Program-made: the position numbers and the translations under genes
Shown here: piece after piece, positions 1 to 13,039 of the stretch
Numbering within the stretch: the stretch's first letter is position 1
Layout: every line of letters begins with the position of its first letter
Notes under the pieces: model-generated
The model's input: only the letters and a program-made list of their open reading frames with translations
Told to the model about the DNA's origin: nothing
Database searches by the model: none
Assembly (NCBI GenBank): GCA_028718945.1
Contig: JAQUKT010000003.1
Coordinates: 624 to 64,623 of the forward strand
Length of the DNA: 64,000 nucleotides
Origin: Actinomycetota bacterium
Lineage (GTDB): Bacteria; Actinomycetota; Geothermincolia; Fen-727; JAQUKT01
Direction: 5' to 3'

Positions 1-2558
1 GTTGAGTCATGTCCTCCGAGGCGGTTGTTCCAGTACATTGCCCTTTCAGCGATTATCTCCTTGTTAGAGGTTATTCTTGTTGAGACCTGATAGTTTTCAG
101 GGACCGTGTTTGCAACGGATATGCTCTGTCGGGTCTTTGGGGCAAGGGTGATCTCCGGACCCTTTTTCTCTCCCTCGGCTGTCTGGTAGAAGACACTCAC
201 CTTTGCTGGGGCGTCATTCGGGTTCTGAACAAGGACCCATGTCTCAAATCCACCCCCGGTTGATCCCTCTGCCAAGTACCAGGTCTTCGAGGCGGATGTT
301 ACGCCCGTTGAGTCATGTCCCGCTTTCCTTCCCAACCAGTACATTGCCCTTTCCGCTATCACGGGCTTATCCGATGTTACGACCGTTGAGACTGACATCT
401 CATCAGGAACATAGTCCTTGACATTGAATGTCTGCCTGCTTTTTGGCTTGAGCGTTGTAGATGGCCCATCCTTTTCTCCAGAGGGCGTCTGGAACTTAAG
501 CGAGACCTTTGCCTCCTCATTACCTGGATTCTGAACAAGGATGAATGTCTCAAATCCTCCCCCAGTTGATCCCTCTGCCAAGTACCAGGTCTTTGATGGC
601 TCGGTTGGGACAACGGGGGTCTGCGATGTCACGGTGAACTTGTAAGGATTGCTCTCTCCGTATTCAGTGTGAACCTTCACACCTCCAGTCTTTGCTCCAC
701 TTGGAACTGTACAGACAATCTGGGTATCCGACCAGGAGGAATGGGTTGCCTTTATTCCATTGAAATCCACATAATAACTCTCATCCTTGGGATTGTCCCC
801 GAAGTGCTGCCCGGTAATTGTGACTTCTATTCCGACAGGACCAGAATCGGGGGAAATTGAGGTGATCTTGGGGATATTCTGGGATTCCGTCACGGTAAAT
901 CCTTCTTTGATCATATTCTTGACGCCGTTTGGATTGATTACCGCAAGGTCGTATTTACCGGTTTTAGCATTGGTTAGGTCAAATTTCACATCTATTTTCG
1001 TTGAGCCAGAAACCGTGGTTTCCTTACCGAAGAGATAACCACTGTCATTCTGAAGCCATACTAAAAGACCACTCTTGAATCTTTTTCCCTGAATCTCAAC
1101 CGGGACACTTTTCCCTCTTTCTCCTGATGATGGAGAAACATCATCAATAAGTGGATAATCAAATCTTACTGAGGAGGCGCGATTGTCGAAATCTTTGTCC
1201 GAAAGGCGCTCAATACTAATGCTGGTTTCAAGCACATTTCCGGAACAGAATGTGCCTTCGAAGATCTCAGCAGTTCCACTCCCCCTTATGAGTGCTGATG
1301 AAGCGGTTTTGTTTCCAACCATATTTCCCGAAAGGTCATCTTCGAGAGTGGTGAAGAATTCACCCTTCCCCTTGTACCCTTCATTTTCATATAGAAGCAC
1401 ACCATCCGGAGAGGGAATATCGGTTTTGTCCCATACTTTTACGAGCCTCATGTGTGAAGGGTCATCCTTGACCGCTTGCGTGTGGACGCCAGGGCAGATG
1501 TAATTATCCTGATATTTTATTTCAAACTCAAATTCAGGACCCCAAATCGGGATATGTTCATGCATGTGACCGGCTATCCACAAACCCTGATAGAATTTGT
1601 AGTAGGGAAGCATCTCTCCCACACCACTTTCTGTCCCCTGATATAAGAATTCTGTAACCTCGTCATAGTCCGATTGCGAGAAGCAGAAGCTAAAAATTGC
1701 ACCACCGGTTGTAACGCACAGCGGTTGGTGTGTTAGATTCACGATGTTTCGAGCCGCCTTGAAGTCATAATCCTTAAGGTGGTTTTTGTACCAGTGCCAG
1801 GTTCCTCCCTCAAAGTCATAAAGGTTAGTGTATGGCATTGCGCCCTTCGACCCCGCAAGTGCATGCTGTCTCGTGTTGAAATCGTTGCAGATAAAATGAT
1901 AGCCGGCATAGTCAAAGGCATAATTTTGAAAATAGCTATCGCAACTGAATTCACCATTCCAGATTTTTTCAAGTCTTGTTCCATCATCCCAGTTTGGAAG
2001 GGTGTTTTTTAGTTTTTCGAATTGCTCTGAAAATATGTTCTTGAAGTACTCATCGCCGAATGGGGAAGGGGCCTCGCTGCTTTGAGTATAGGGCCAGATA
2101 TCGTGATTTCCCAAGATTGGAACGTAGGGAATCTGAAGAGAATCAAGAATTTCCTTTGCCTTCATGAATTCTGATTTCTCCGCTGAATCAGTTATGTCCC
2201 CGGTTATTACCACGAGCCTTATGTTCTGGATAGCAGCGTTTGCGTTTACCCAGTTGACCGCTTCCCTCAATCTCTGGGCGGAGGTACCTTCATCCCCTGC
2301 CGGCGGAGAGTCATCATATCCGGCCGTTCCGTAGTCTTCATATCCCTCTCCTATGTGTAGGTCAGAAATTTGGATGAACGACCACTTATTGGAAGTTCCT
2401 TCGAGTTCAGAGTTGAGGTTGAAGCCCTGAGCGGGTTCACCGAGATTAGTGGACGCAAAAGATATTTCCATTGATAGAGGGAAAACAAGCGGAAGCAAAA
2501 TCAAAAGAAATACCGCTCTCTTGATAGTCTTTTTGAGGTCTTTCGTTATTTTTCTCAC
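1..2558 (-). CDS. Partial (3' end outside window) secreted calcineurin-like metallophosphoesterase with IPT/TIG-like domain and tandem ~95-aa C-terminal repeats
   Basis: Reverse-strand reading frame is open from the GTG at 2556-2558 to the window edge. The N-terminus is signal-peptide-like ([29 protein letters not shown]). Phosphoesterase motifs are present: DLHIG, GDITD, GNHD, GHMHEH. Not in the ORF track because no stop lies in the window. Confidence 0.6.
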   Translation of the reverse strand, partial: MRKITKDLKKTIKRAVFLLILLPLVFPLSMEISFASTNLGEPAQGFNLNSELEGTSNKWSFIQISDLHIGEGYEDYGTAGYDDSPPAGDEGTSAQRLREAVNWVNANAAIQNIRLVVITGDITDSAEKSEFMKAKEILDSLQIPYVPILGNHDIWPYTQSSEAPSPFGDEYFKNIFSEQFEKLKNTLPNWDDGTRLEKIWNGEFSCDSYFQNYAFDYAGYHFICNDFNTRQHALAGSKGAMPYTNLYDFEGGTWHWYKNHLKDYDFKAARNIVNLTHQPLCVTTGGAIFSFCFSQSDYDEVTEFLYQGTESGVGEMLPYYKFYQGLWIAGHMHEHIPIWGPEFEFEIKYQDNYICPGVHTQAVKDDPSHMRLVKVWDKTDIPSPDGVLLYENEGYKGKGEFFTTLEDDLSGNMVGNKTASSALIRGSGTAEIFEGTFCSGNVLETSISIERLSDKDFDNRASSVRFDYPLIDDVSPSSGERGKSVPVEIQGKRFKSGLLVWLQNDSGYLFGKETTVSGSTKIDVKFDLTNAKTGKYDLAVINPNGVKNMIKEGFTVTESQNIPKITSISPDSGPVGIEVTITGQHFGDNPKDESYYVDFNGIKATHSSWSDTQIVCTVPSGAKTGGVKVHTEYGESNPYKFTVTSQTPVVPTEPSKTWYLAEGSTGGGFETFILVQNPGNEEAKVSLKFQTPSGEKDGPSTTLKPKSRQTFNVKDYVPDEMSVSTVVTSDKPVIAERAMYWLGRKAGHDSTGVTSASKTWYLAEGSTGGGFETWVLVQNPNDAPAKVSVFYQTAEGEKKGPEITLAPKTRQSISVANTVPENYQVSTRITSNKEIIAERAMYWNNRLGGHDS

Positions 2559-2577
2559 ATAGTCATCTTAAGACAAT

Positions 2578-2604
2578 GGGGTCAGGTCTTGCAATAACAC
2601 ATTT
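2578..2604 (+). repeat. REP-like repeat, arm A (GGGGTCAGGTCTTGCAATAACACATTT), solo copy
   Basis: Same 27-mer recurs at 9842, 15217, 62221 and 63117 on the + strand and at 15275 and 51822 on the - strand. This copy artificially extends the pdxS ORF upstream ([12 protein letters not shown]). Confidence 0.8.
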
Positions 2605-2683
2605 ACGTTATTTTTTGCCCTTCCATTTATTAAGAATTGCAGCTCCCCTCTGGATTCGTTATCATATTAAAGGGGATGATTTT

Positions 2684-3571
2684 ATGAAGTTAGAGAAAGC
2701 TACAGATAGGGTAAAAAGAGGACTTGCTGAGATGCTCAAAGGCGGGGTAATCATGGATGTTACAACGCTTGAGCAGGCAAAAATTGCTGAAGATGCGGGA
2801 GCCGTTGCCGTAATGGCTCTCGAGAGGGTTCCTGCTGACATAAGGGCTTCCGGTGGTGTTGCAAGGATGGCTGACCCTGCAATTATCGAGGCAATAATGG
2901 GTGGGGTAACCATCCCGGTGATGGCGAAGTGCAGAATTGGTCATTTTGCAGAGGCGCAGGTTCTCGAGGCATTGGGGGTTGACTATATTGATGAGAGTGA
3001 GGTGCTCACTCCTGCTGACGAAAGCAATCACATAGACAAGAGAAAGTTCAAAGTTCCATTTGTATGCGGCGCGATAAATCTTGGTGAAGCGCTCAGGAGA
3101 ATCGGCGAAGGTGCTGCAATGATAAGGACTAAGGGTGAGGCTGGAACCGGAAATGTTGTAGAAGCGGTAAAGCACATGAGAAAGATCAATGGAGAGATAA
3201 GATGGCTCAATGGGCTTCCGGAAGACGAGCTCATGGCTGCCGCAAAAGAGCTCAAAGCACCGTATGAACTCGTTGTCGCGGTTGCAAAAAAGGGCAGACT
3301 CCCGGTTGTAAACTTCTCTGCTGGTGGAATTGCGACACCTGCCGACGCGGCGTTGATGATGCAGCTTGGTGCTGATGGAGTTTTCGTTGGCTCGGGTATA
3401 TTTAAATCAGAGGACCCATCCCGCAGGGCGAAAGCGATAGTTGAGGCTACCACTCATTATGAAACCCCCGATTTGGTTGCTAAAGTTTCAAGAGGGCTTG
3501 GCGAAGCAATGTCAGGAATTGAAATAGACAAGATGAGCAAGGAGGAAATGCTTCAGTTTCGTGGCTGGTAA
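2684..3571 (+). CDS. pdxS: Pyridoxal 5'-phosphate synthase lyase subunit PdxS
   Basis: MKLEK...[37 protein letters not shown] matches the PdxS/SNZ family. ATG at 2684 is preceded by AAAGGGGA. Confidence 0.9.
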   Translation: MKLEKATDRVKRGLAEMLKGGVIMDVTTLEQAKIAEDAGAVAVMALERVPADIRASGGVARMADPAIIEAIMGGVTIPVMAKCRIGHFAEAQVLEALGVDYIDESEVLTPADESNHIDKRKFKVPFVCGAINLGEALRRIGEGAAMIRTKGEAGTGNVVEAVKHMRKINGEIRWLNGLPEDELMAAAKELKAPYELVVAVAKKGRLPVVNFSAGGIATPADAALMMQLGADGVFVGSGIFKSEDPSRRAKAIVEATTHYETPDLVAKVSRGLGEAMSGIEIDKMSKEEMLQFRGW

Positions 3572-4157
3572 GATTCTCAACATTGGCGTGCTTGCTCTTC
3601 AAGGGGCTTCAAGGGAACATATTACAATGCTCGAAAGGTGTAGAGTCCGGGGGGTTGCCATAAAGAAACCTTCCGGGCTTAAGAATGTTGACGGAATTGT
3701 CATTCCCGGAGGAGAAAGCACCACGATTGGAAAATTAATTGATGAGTATGAATTTATGGATGAAATCCGTGGACTTGCAAATGGTGGTTTTCCAGTTTTT
3801 GGAACCTGTGCTGGAATGGTAGTTCTTGCGAAAAAAGTAAACGGGAGTCACGGTAAACTACTTCGCCTGATTGATATTACGGTCAATCGCAACGCTTTCG
3901 GGCGACAGGTGGATTCGTTTGAGGCTGATATTGAAATAAGGGGGATTGAGAGAGAAGAGATTCCCTTTAGGGCTGTTTTCATTAGGGCTCCTTTTATCGA
4001 GGAGGCTGGAGATGGAGTTCGTGTGATGGCTGAAGTCGAAGGGAAAGAAGTCATGGCGCGACAGGGTAACATCCTGGTTTCCGCGTTTCACCCGGAGCTT
4101 ACGGATGACAGCCGAGTTCATGAGTATTTTCTTCGAATGGTGAGGAATAGCATTTAA
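3561..4157 (+). CDS. pdxT: Pyridoxal 5'-phosphate synthase glutaminase subunit PdxT
   Basis: [19 protein letters not shown] and the GTCAGM catalytic Cys region; overlaps pdxS by 11 nt. Confidence 0.9.
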   Translation: MAGKILNIGVLALQGASREHITMLERCRVRGVAIKKPSGLKNVDGIVIPGGESTTIGKLIDEYEFMDEIRGLANGGFPVFGTCAGMVVLAKKVNGSHGKLLRLIDITVNRNAFGRQVDSFEADIEIRGIEREEIPFRAVFIRAPFIEEAGDGVRVMAEVEGKEVMARQGNILVSAFHPELTDDSRVHEYFLRMVRNSI

Positions 4158-4169
4158 CTGGAGGTCTTC

Positions 4170-4934
4170 ATGTCCGGTCATTCGAAATGGCACTCAATAA
4201 AGCACAAGAAATCGAAAACTGACGCCAAAAGAGGCCAACTTTTCAGCAAACTTTCGCAAAAAATAATGGTCGCTGCCAAGGAGGGTGGTGGGAATCCAGA
4301 AGCGAATCCGACTCTTGCTACTGCTATAGAAACGGCGAAGAGTTACTCAATGCCGGCGGAGAGAATAAAGAGAGCTATTCAGAAGGGAACCGGGGAACTT
4401 TCGGGAGGGAAGCAGCTTGAACACATGAGTTTCGAGGGATACGGCGAAGGTGGCGTGGCGATACTTGTTGAGGTACTTACTGACAACAGGAATAGAGCCT
4501 CGTCCGATGTAAAAAGAGTGTTCACCCGTGCTGGAGCGAAGATTGCGGAGCCTGGTTCTGTTTCCTGGCTTTTTGAAAAAAAGGGAGTTGCTATCGTTCG
4601 GAAAGAGGATGTTTTAGATGAGGATGTGCTGCTTTCTGTTGCGCTCGAGGTTGGCGCTGATGATATAAGGGACGAAGGAGGTGACTGGGAAATAATAAGT
4701 GACGTCGAGCACTTCAAGAACGTAAGAGAAAGTCTTGAAACTAAAGGAATCAAGCTCGATGGGTTCGAACTCACGATGTTTCCCAAAAACAGCGTTCCGC
4801 TCGAGAAGGAGGCTGCGAAAAAGGTTCTGAAGCTTCTTGAGAACTTGGAGGAGCTCGATGACGTTCACGAGGTTTATGCGAATTTCGAAATTCCTGACGA
4901 GGTGATGGAAGAAGTTGCGTCTCTTTCAGACTGA
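4170..4934 (+). CDS. yebC: YebC/PmpR family probable transcriptional regulator
   Basis: N-terminus MSGHSKWHSIKHKKSKTDAKRGQLFSKL is typical of YebC; conserved position upstream of ruvCAB. Confidence 0.9.
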   Translation: MSGHSKWHSIKHKKSKTDAKRGQLFSKLSQKIMVAAKEGGGNPEANPTLATAIETAKSYSMPAERIKRAIQKGTGELSGGKQLEHMSFEGYGEGGVAILVEVLTDNRNRASSDVKRVFTRAGAKIAEPGSVSWLFEKKGVAIVRKEDVLDEDVLLSVALEVGADDIRDEGGDWEIISDVEHFKNVRESLETKGIKLDGFELTMFPKNSVPLEKEAAKKVLKLLENLEELDDVHEVYANFEIPDEVMEEVASLSD

Positions 4935-4997
4935 TGGCAGGTTCCAGTTTTCCATTCATATTCTGCCGATGTTAGAAAGGAAGCGGGGAAAGCGGAA

Positions 4998-5495
4998 TTG
5001 AGAGTGCTTGGAATAGACCCGGGAATCGCAAATACCGGATATGGACTTGTGGAAGCGGAGAATGGAAAGTTGAGCGCTATTTCGTTTGGCTCCATCAGAA
5101 CTGACAGTAAGGATACCAAGGATTTACGCCTCGACAGGTTATATCGAAAGATGATGAACATCATCGAAGAACTTTCGCCCGATGTGGTTGTCTTGGAAAG
5201 CCTTTTCTTCAGTACCAACAGGAAGTCTGCTTCTGCTGTTGGCGAGGCGCGTGGAGTGATTATTCTTGCCTGTTCGCATTCAGGGGTTCCATTTTTCGAG
5301 TATGCCCCGCTCGAAGTGAAAATGACTGTCGCTGGAAACGGAAATGCCGGGAAGGAACAGGTAAAGTATATGGTCGAACATCTTTTGGGCATTACTGAAA
5401 GCCAGATTTCGCTTCATGCAACCGATGCTTTGGCCATGGCAATATGCTACATTCACCGCTCTCGACTTCGCTCATTGTCCGGGAAGGACGGTTGA
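4998..5495 (+). CDS. ruvC: Crossover junction endodeoxyribonuclease RuvC
   Basis: (L/M)RVLGIDPGIANTGYGLVE...DALAMAICYIH; TTG start. Confidence 0.9.
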   Translation: MRVLGIDPGIANTGYGLVEAENGKLSAISFGSIRTDSKDTKDLRLDRLYRKMMNIIEELSPDVVVLESLFFSTNRKSASAVGEARGVIILACSHSGVPFFEYAPLEVKMTVAGNGNAGKEQVKYMVEHLLGITESQISLHATDALAMAICYIHRSRLRSLSGKDG

Positions 5496-5501
5496 GGTCT
5501 A

Positions 5502-6107
5502 TTGATTGGTTACATCGAAGGAAAAGTTACCGCGAAAGATCCGAAGAGATTGCTTCTTGTCGTTCAGATTGGCGGTCTCGGATTTGAAGTTCTTGTTCCT
5601 GCTGGAACTCTTGAAAGAGCCCCCGATATGGGAGAGGATATTTCACTTCATACATTCCTCCATGTTCGCGATGATTTGCTCCAGCTTTTTGGTTTCGATT
5701 CAGTTCGAGCAAGAGACCTCTTTGTCAAACTGATGTCCATCTCAGGATTTGGACCCCAGAAGGCTATTGGTGCGCTTTCAGTTTTTTCTCCCGAGGATTT
5801 TGAGGAAATGATAAGGAATTCAGATATTGAAAGGCTCACCGAAATTCCGGGCATAGGGCGAAAAACAGCCGAGAGAATGGTCTTAGAAATGCGCGATAGA
5901 ATTGAGGAGCCATACCCACGGGCAGAATTGTCCGGAACCGCCTTCAGAGTTATGGAGGAGGCAGTCGAAGCGATGGTCGCGCTTGGGTTTTCATCCTCCG
6001 AGGCAAGAGGGGCATTGAGGGAATTCAAAGGTGATGTTCGAGGAGTAACGGTGGAGGAAATGATTCAATTCGGGCTCAAATTCATAGGAAGTGGAAAGAG
6101 GCACTAA
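5502..6107 (+). CDS. ruvA: Holliday junction branch migration protein RuvA
   Basis: MIGYIEGKV...LVVQIGGLGFEV, HhH motifs IPGIGRKTAERM. Confidence 0.9.
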   Translation: MIGYIEGKVTAKDPKRLLLVVQIGGLGFEVLVPAGTLERAPDMGEDISLHTFLHVRDDLLQLFGFDSVRARDLFVKLMSISGFGPQKAIGALSVFSPEDFEEMIRNSDIERLTEIPGIGRKTAERMVLEMRDRIEEPYPRAELSGTAFRVMEEAVEAMVALGFSSSEARGALREFKGDVRGVTVEEMIQFGLKFIGSGKRH

Positions 6108-7130
6108 TTGAGCACTGGGCATGGCATTGCATCTGAGCTTACACCTGAGGAGAAAGCACTTGACATCTCGCTTAGACCACGAGTTCTTTCAGATTTCATT
6201 GGGCAAGAGCGAATCAAGGAGCAACTTCGAATTTTCATTGAGGCAGCAAAGAATCGGAGTGAGGCTCTCGACCACGTTTTGCTTTCAGGACCACCCGGAC
6301 TCGGGAAAACAACTCTTGCGAACATAATATCTAACGAACTTGCGGTTTTAATTCATCAGACAAGCGGACCTGCTATCGAAAGGCAGGGGGACCTTGCGGC
6401 AATCTTATCGAACCTCCAGCCCGCTGATGTCCTTTTCATAGATGAGATTCACAGGCTTCCACGAACGGTTGAGGAGATACTTTACCCTGCAATGGAAGAT
6501 TTCAAGATTGACATCGTAATTGGCAAGGGTCCAGGAGCTCGTTCCGTCCGGCTCGAACTTCCTCATTTCACCCTGATTGGCGCAACCACACGCGTTGGAC
6601 TAATGAGCTCCCCTCTGCTTTCCCGTTTCGGTGTATCGAGCAGACTGGACTATTATCCACTCGATGAGGTGGTTTCCATCGTAAGGAGGGCTTCGGGGAT
6701 ACTCAAAGTAAAGGTTGATGAGGAGGGTTGCCTCGAGATTGCCAAGCGCTCGAGAGGAACACCGAGGGTTGCGAACCGGCTTTTAAGGAGGGTCAGAGAC
6801 TTTGCTGAGGTAAAGGCTGACAGCGTCGTTACCGGCGAGGTTGCAATTGGGGCGATGAGTTTGTTCGAGGTTGACGAGGCAGGGCTTGATGTTGTTGACC
6901 GTGCCATACTTTCAACCATAATTGACAAATTTTCTGGCGGACCTGTGGGATTGAAAACTATTGCAGCTGCAGTGGGCGAGGAACCTGACACGATCGAAGA
7001 CGTGTACGAACCTTATCTAATGCAACTCGGATTCATGAAAAGAACTCCGCGTGGAAGGGTGGCAACCCCGGGCGGATACAGGCATCTTGGAAGGGAAGGC
7101 CAGCATCGTGATGAGAAAAGCCTTTTTTGA
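6108..7130 (+). CDS. ruvB: Holliday junction DNA helicase RuvB
   Basis: [19 protein letters not shown], Walker [18 protein letters not shown]. Confidence 0.92.
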   Translation: MSTGHGIASELTPEEKALDISLRPRVLSDFIGQERIKEQLRIFIEAAKNRSEALDHVLLSGPPGLGKTTLANIISNELAVLIHQTSGPAIERQGDLAAILSNLQPADVLFIDEIHRLPRTVEEILYPAMEDFKIDIVIGKGPGARSVRLELPHFTLIGATTRVGLMSSPLLSRFGVSSRLDYYPLDEVVSIVRRASGILKVKVDEEGCLEIAKRSRGTPRVANRLLRRVRDFAEVKADSVVTGEVAIGAMSLFEVDEAGLDVVDRAILSTIIDKFSGGPVGLKTIAAAVGEEPDTIEDVYEPYLMQLGFMKRTPRGRVATPGGYRHLGREGQHRDEKSLF

Positions 7131-7155
7131 AAAATTTTCAGATTGAGGGATTGAT

Positions 7156-7694
7156 TTGAGAATACTGATTCATACCTGCTGCGCTCCATGTCTCATATAT
7201 CCTTTGGACGTACTAATCTCGAGGGGTTATTTAGTTGTTCCTTTTTTCTACAATCCGAACATACACCCTTTCACCGAGTACAGGAAGAGATATTTTGCTG
7301 CTCTTGATTTTTGTTCCGCTCGAAGTCTCGAATTCCATGCTGGGAAGTATGAGATAGAACGATTTCTACTCGAGGTTTCAGATAAAGTGGAGGAAAGGTG
7401 CAAATACTGTTTCAAGATGAGGCTTGATGCGAGTGCCAGGCAGGCAAGGCTCCTGGATATTGGCGAGTTCACGACCACATTGCTTTCAAGCCCCTATCAG
7501 AATCAGGAACTAATAAAGGAAGCTGGGGAAGAAGCCGCAATCAAGCACGGAGTCATCTTCCTTCAAGAGGACTGGACTTCCGGATATAGTGTGAATGTTC
7601 AGAAATCGCGCTCTCTTGGCATCTACAGGCAGGCTTATTGCGGCTGCGTGTACAGTGAAAAAGAGCGCTATCAAAAGAGTGATCCGCCAGAGCG

Positions 7695-7698
<4 letters not shown>
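7156..7698 (+). CDS. queH: Epoxyqueuosine reductase QueH (DUF208)
   Basis: ILIHTCCAPC...FFYNPNIHP...CKYCFKMRL are hallmark QueH motifs. Confidence 0.85.
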
Positions 7699-9925
<2,227 letters not shown>

Positions 9926-10038
9926 ATGACACATGATCCGGAAAATGTTCTTGAGAGCTTGAGATAAAATGACAAACGGTTTTTCTTCATCTATCATAGT
10001 CGCATGTATTTGATGATTGATGGAAAGGAAGATGAAAC

Positions 10039-10452
10039 ATGAAAGTATTTTTTTATTCGATTGCGGTGCCGGTAATTTATGCCGCTTCAAAGACTACCGA
10101 GAATACCCAGAAGCAGGGAGGGCTTGCAAACTACAGCATGTTCATTCTCATTGCTGCAATGATTGTTATCTTCTATTTCCTTCTCATAAGGCCGCAGCGC
10201 AAACAGGCACAGAAGCACCAGGAGATGATTTCAAAAATTGAGCGAGGTGACAAGGTAGTTACAATTGGTGGCATTCATGGTGAGGTTAAGAAGAAGACCG
10301 AGGATGCGGTTGTCCTTGAGGTTGATAAAGGAGTCAGGATTACGTTTTCGAAGTCTGCAATTGCGAGGAATCTTACCGAGCCCGCAGAAGAGGAAGAAGA
10401 GGAAGGACACGAAGAAGAGGGGGAAAAGGGGAAGGAGGAAGACGAAGCCTGA
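10039..10452 (+). CDS. yajC: Preprotein translocase subunit YajC (true start possibly ATG ~10138) with acidic C-terminal tail
   Basis: MFILIAAMIVIFYFLLIRPQRKQ...VVTIGGIHGEV is the YajC core; position between tgt and secD is conserved. Confidence 0.8.
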   Translation: MKVFFYSIAVPVIYAASKTTENTQKQGGLANYSMFILIAAMIVIFYFLLIRPQRKQAQKHQEMISKIERGDKVVTIGGIHGEVKKKTEDAVVLEVDKGVRITFSKSAIARNLTEPAEEEEEEGHEEEGEKGKEEDEA

Positions 10453-10477
10453 GGTATAGAACGGCGTCGATTGTAAA

Positions 10478-11860
10478 GTGAGCAAAAGAGGAAAATACTG
10501 GCTTTCAATAGGATTCGTTGCCCTCGTTATTGTTTGTCTTTACGGGGCGAGTTTCGGTTTCAAGCTGAAACCAAGACTTGGCCTTGACCTAAAAGGTGGC
10601 ATAAGCCTTGTTTACGAGGCAAAGGGCAAGAAAGTTGATAGTGGAGTTCTCGAGAAAACAGTTGAGAAAATAAGGGAAAGGGTTGACAAGCTCGGGGTCT
10701 CGGAACCAGAGATATCAACCCAGGGCTCGAGAAATGTTTCTGTTCTTCTTCCCGGCATACATGATCCCGAAAGAGCAAAAGAAATTGTTGGCAAGACCGC
10801 TCAGCTTCAATTCAGAATTGTTCTTGACCAAAAGACGGCCAAAGAGGTAAAGAACGACCCTTCCTGGAAAATCTCAACTGGTGATGAATTGAAAGAAGAT
10901 GCTGCTGTTGTTCTTCCCGCCTCTAAAGAAGGCAAATCCAAGGGCGCCTATCTTTTGAAGCTTGATAGAACAATCATGACTGGGGAATACCTGAAGAAGG
11001 CAACTGTTGTGTATGATCAGCAGACCGGAGAGCCAAAGGTTACTTTTGAACTGACCGATGAGGGGACCAAGAAGTTTTCGGATATCACCACGCAGAACAA
11101 GGACAAAAACCTTGCGATCGTTCTGGATTACGCGGTTGAGTCGTATCCAACTATAAAGGAACCGATCACGACTGGAACCGGGGAAATTACCGGTAGCTTC
11201 ACCGACAAAGAGGCAAAGGACCTCGCGATAGTTTTGAACACCGGTGCCTTGCCAGTTGAATTGAAATTGCTTACAGAAGAGGATGTTACCGCTACTTTGG
11301 GGGAAGACTCACTACACAAGGGCATGATTGCTGGAATTGCCGGTCTTATCATTGTCGTGTTTTTCATGTTGGCGTACTACAGAGTTCTCGGGATTGTTAC
11401 CTGCATGGGCCTTGTGGTTTTTGCTGGAATAATGTATGGCTTCATCAGCGTTCTCGGTGAGTTCTGGAGTTTGACTCTGGCCGGAATCGCAGGCTTGATC
11501 GTTTCAGTTGGAATAGCGGCTGACTCGAGCATCGTGTTTTTCGAGCGCCTGAAAGAAGAGGTGAGAGCAGGAAAAACCGCGAGGAGCAGCGTTGAGCGTG
11601 CTTACAAGTCTGCCTTCAGGACGATAATCGCTGCTGATACAGTTTCATTTTCGGCGGCTGCTATCCTCTATTTGACTGCGGTTGGTTCAGTTCGCGGCTT
11701 TGCTTTCACGCTCGGGATGTCAACGCTTTTTGATGTATTTATTTCGTATTTCTTCACAAGACCGGTAACTTCGCTGATTGCAGAAATTCCTGCCTTTACA
11801 TCTCGCGTCGCAATCGGCATGAGAAAGCTACCTGAAGCAGGTTCCGGAGGAGATTCTTAA
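10478..11860 (+). CDS. secD: Protein translocase subunit SecD
   Basis: LDLKGGISLVYEA N-terminus and 6-TM SecD C-terminal domain; GTG start. Confidence 0.9.
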   Translation: MSKRGKYWLSIGFVALVIVCLYGASFGFKLKPRLGLDLKGGISLVYEAKGKKVDSGVLEKTVEKIRERVDKLGVSEPEISTQGSRNVSVLLPGIHDPERAKEIVGKTAQLQFRIVLDQKTAKEVKNDPSWKISTGDELKEDAAVVLPASKEGKSKGAYLLKLDRTIMTGEYLKKATVVYDQQTGEPKVTFELTDEGTKKFSDITTQNKDKNLAIVLDYAVESYPTIKEPITTGTGEITGSFTDKEAKDLAIVLNTGALPVELKLLTEEDVTATLGEDSLHKGMIAGIAGLIIVVFFMLAYYRVLGIVTCMGLVVFAGIMYGFISVLGEFWSLTLAGIAGLIVSVGIAADSSIVFFERLKEEVRAGKTARSSVERAYKSAFRTIIAADTVSFSAAAILYLTAVGSVRGFAFTLGMSTLFDVFISYFFTRPVTSLIAEIPAFTSRVAIGMRKLPEAGSGGDS

Positions 11861-13039
11861 GTGAGACAAGTGCCTGTTCGGCGGAACATTGATTTCGTTG
11901 GAAAGAAATATATCTGGTTTGCGATATCTGGAGTAGCCATACTCGTTTCAATCATTGGACTTTTTACCCGTGGCTTGAATTTCGGAATCGATTTTACTGG
12001 CGGCACTCAGATGGAAATAAGGTGCGACAAGGAAACGACCATTTCCGATATTCGTAAGGTTTTATCGCGCTTCGGTTTCGGAGACGCTCAGATACAGCAG
12101 GGTCAATCAAACACTTTTATCATAAGAACGCCAAATCTGTCGGAGCAAAAAAGAAACGAAATCACTGCCGAATTGAAGAAAAGCGCTAAAATGAAGGATT
12201 TGCTCGGTATTAGTGATGTTGGACCCGGATGGGGCGCTCAGGTCAGCAGGCGGGCTATTATTGGTGTCATTATCTTCCTGGTTGCAGTGGTTTTATATGT
12301 GAGCATTCGCTTTGAGTTCAAGATGGCAATATCTGCAATTGTTGAGATATTTCACGACACTATCATAACGGTTGGAGTCTATGCCCTTATCGGGCGGGAG
12401 GTCACACCTGCTACTATCATCGCATTTCTCACCTTACTTGGATATTCGCTTTATGACGCGATTGTGATTTTCGATAGATTGAAGGAAAACGCGGATGCGC
12501 TCACCAGGCAGAGTAAAAAGACATATAGTGATGTAGTAAATGACTCGGTCAATCAAATTCTCGCAAGGTCTATTAACACCTCTCTTACAACACTTTTTCC
12601 TATTGTTACAATTTTGCTATTTGGTGGCGAGACCCTGAAGGCTTTTGCCTTCGCTCTCTTTCTCGGTGTTTTGACAGGAACGTACTCGAGCATATTCGTA
12701 GCGACGCCAATGCTTGCTATCTGGAAAGAGTCTGAGCCGAAATATGCCACTTTCCGCGAAAAGGTTGAAAAAGAGCGGGTAAGAGAGAGAAGAACAGTCG
12801 AGCAAAATGTTGCTACCAACAGGGTAAGGGTTCAGGAAAAGCAAGCAAAAACAAATGAGGAGCCTTCTGCCATGGAGAAGCCTGCAAAAGAACCTGCAAA
12901 GGTTGTGAGAATAAACGAGGAAAGAGAATCGCGGAAACCCACGCCAAAGCCGAAGCCAAAAGCGAAAAGCAAGCAAACTTCCGCCAAAGCCCGAACGAAG
13001 GGTCCCGGGAGCCGGAAAAAGAAAAAGAAAAAGCGATGA
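11861..13039 (+). CDS. secF: Protein translocase subunit SecF with Lys/Pro-rich C-terminal extension
   Basis: GIDFTGGTQMEIR SecF N-terminus and conserved TM core; tail KPTPKPKPKAKSKQ...RKKKKKKR. Confidence 0.9.
   Translation: MRQVPVRRNIDFVGKKYIWFAISGVAILVSIIGLFTRGLNFGIDFTGGTQMEIRCDKETTISDIRKVLSRFGFGDAQIQQGQSNTFIIRTPNLSEQKRNEITAELKKSAKMKDLLGISDVGPGWGAQVSRRAIIGVIIFLVAVVLYVSIRFEFKMAISAIVEIFHDTIITVGVYALIGREVTPATIIAFLTLLGYSLYDAIVIFDRLKENADALTRQSKKTYSDVVNDSVNQILARSINTSLTTLFPIVTILLFGGETLKAFAFALFLGVLTGTYSSIFVATPMLAIWKESEPKYATFREKVEKERVRERRTVEQNVATNRVRVQEKQAKTNEEPSAMEKPAKEPAKVVRINEERESRKPTPKPKPKAKSKQTSAKARTKGPGSRKKKKKKR

Noticed and set aside
2576-2683. Upstream extension of pdxS ([19 protein letters not shown]...) given in the ORF track.
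   Set aside because: The extension is translation of REP arm A. The conserved PdxS N-terminus starts at ATG 2684, which has an SD.
3028-3453. Numerous 60-170-aa antisense or out-of-frame ORFs inside well-supported genes (e.g. 2690..3175 -, 31380..32267 -, 59368..60081 -, 63379..63915 -).
   Set aside because: They overlap conserved genes on the opposite strand or in another frame, are low-complexity (Ser/Ala-rich mirror images of Glu-rich genes) and lack start-site context. Judged to be spurious.
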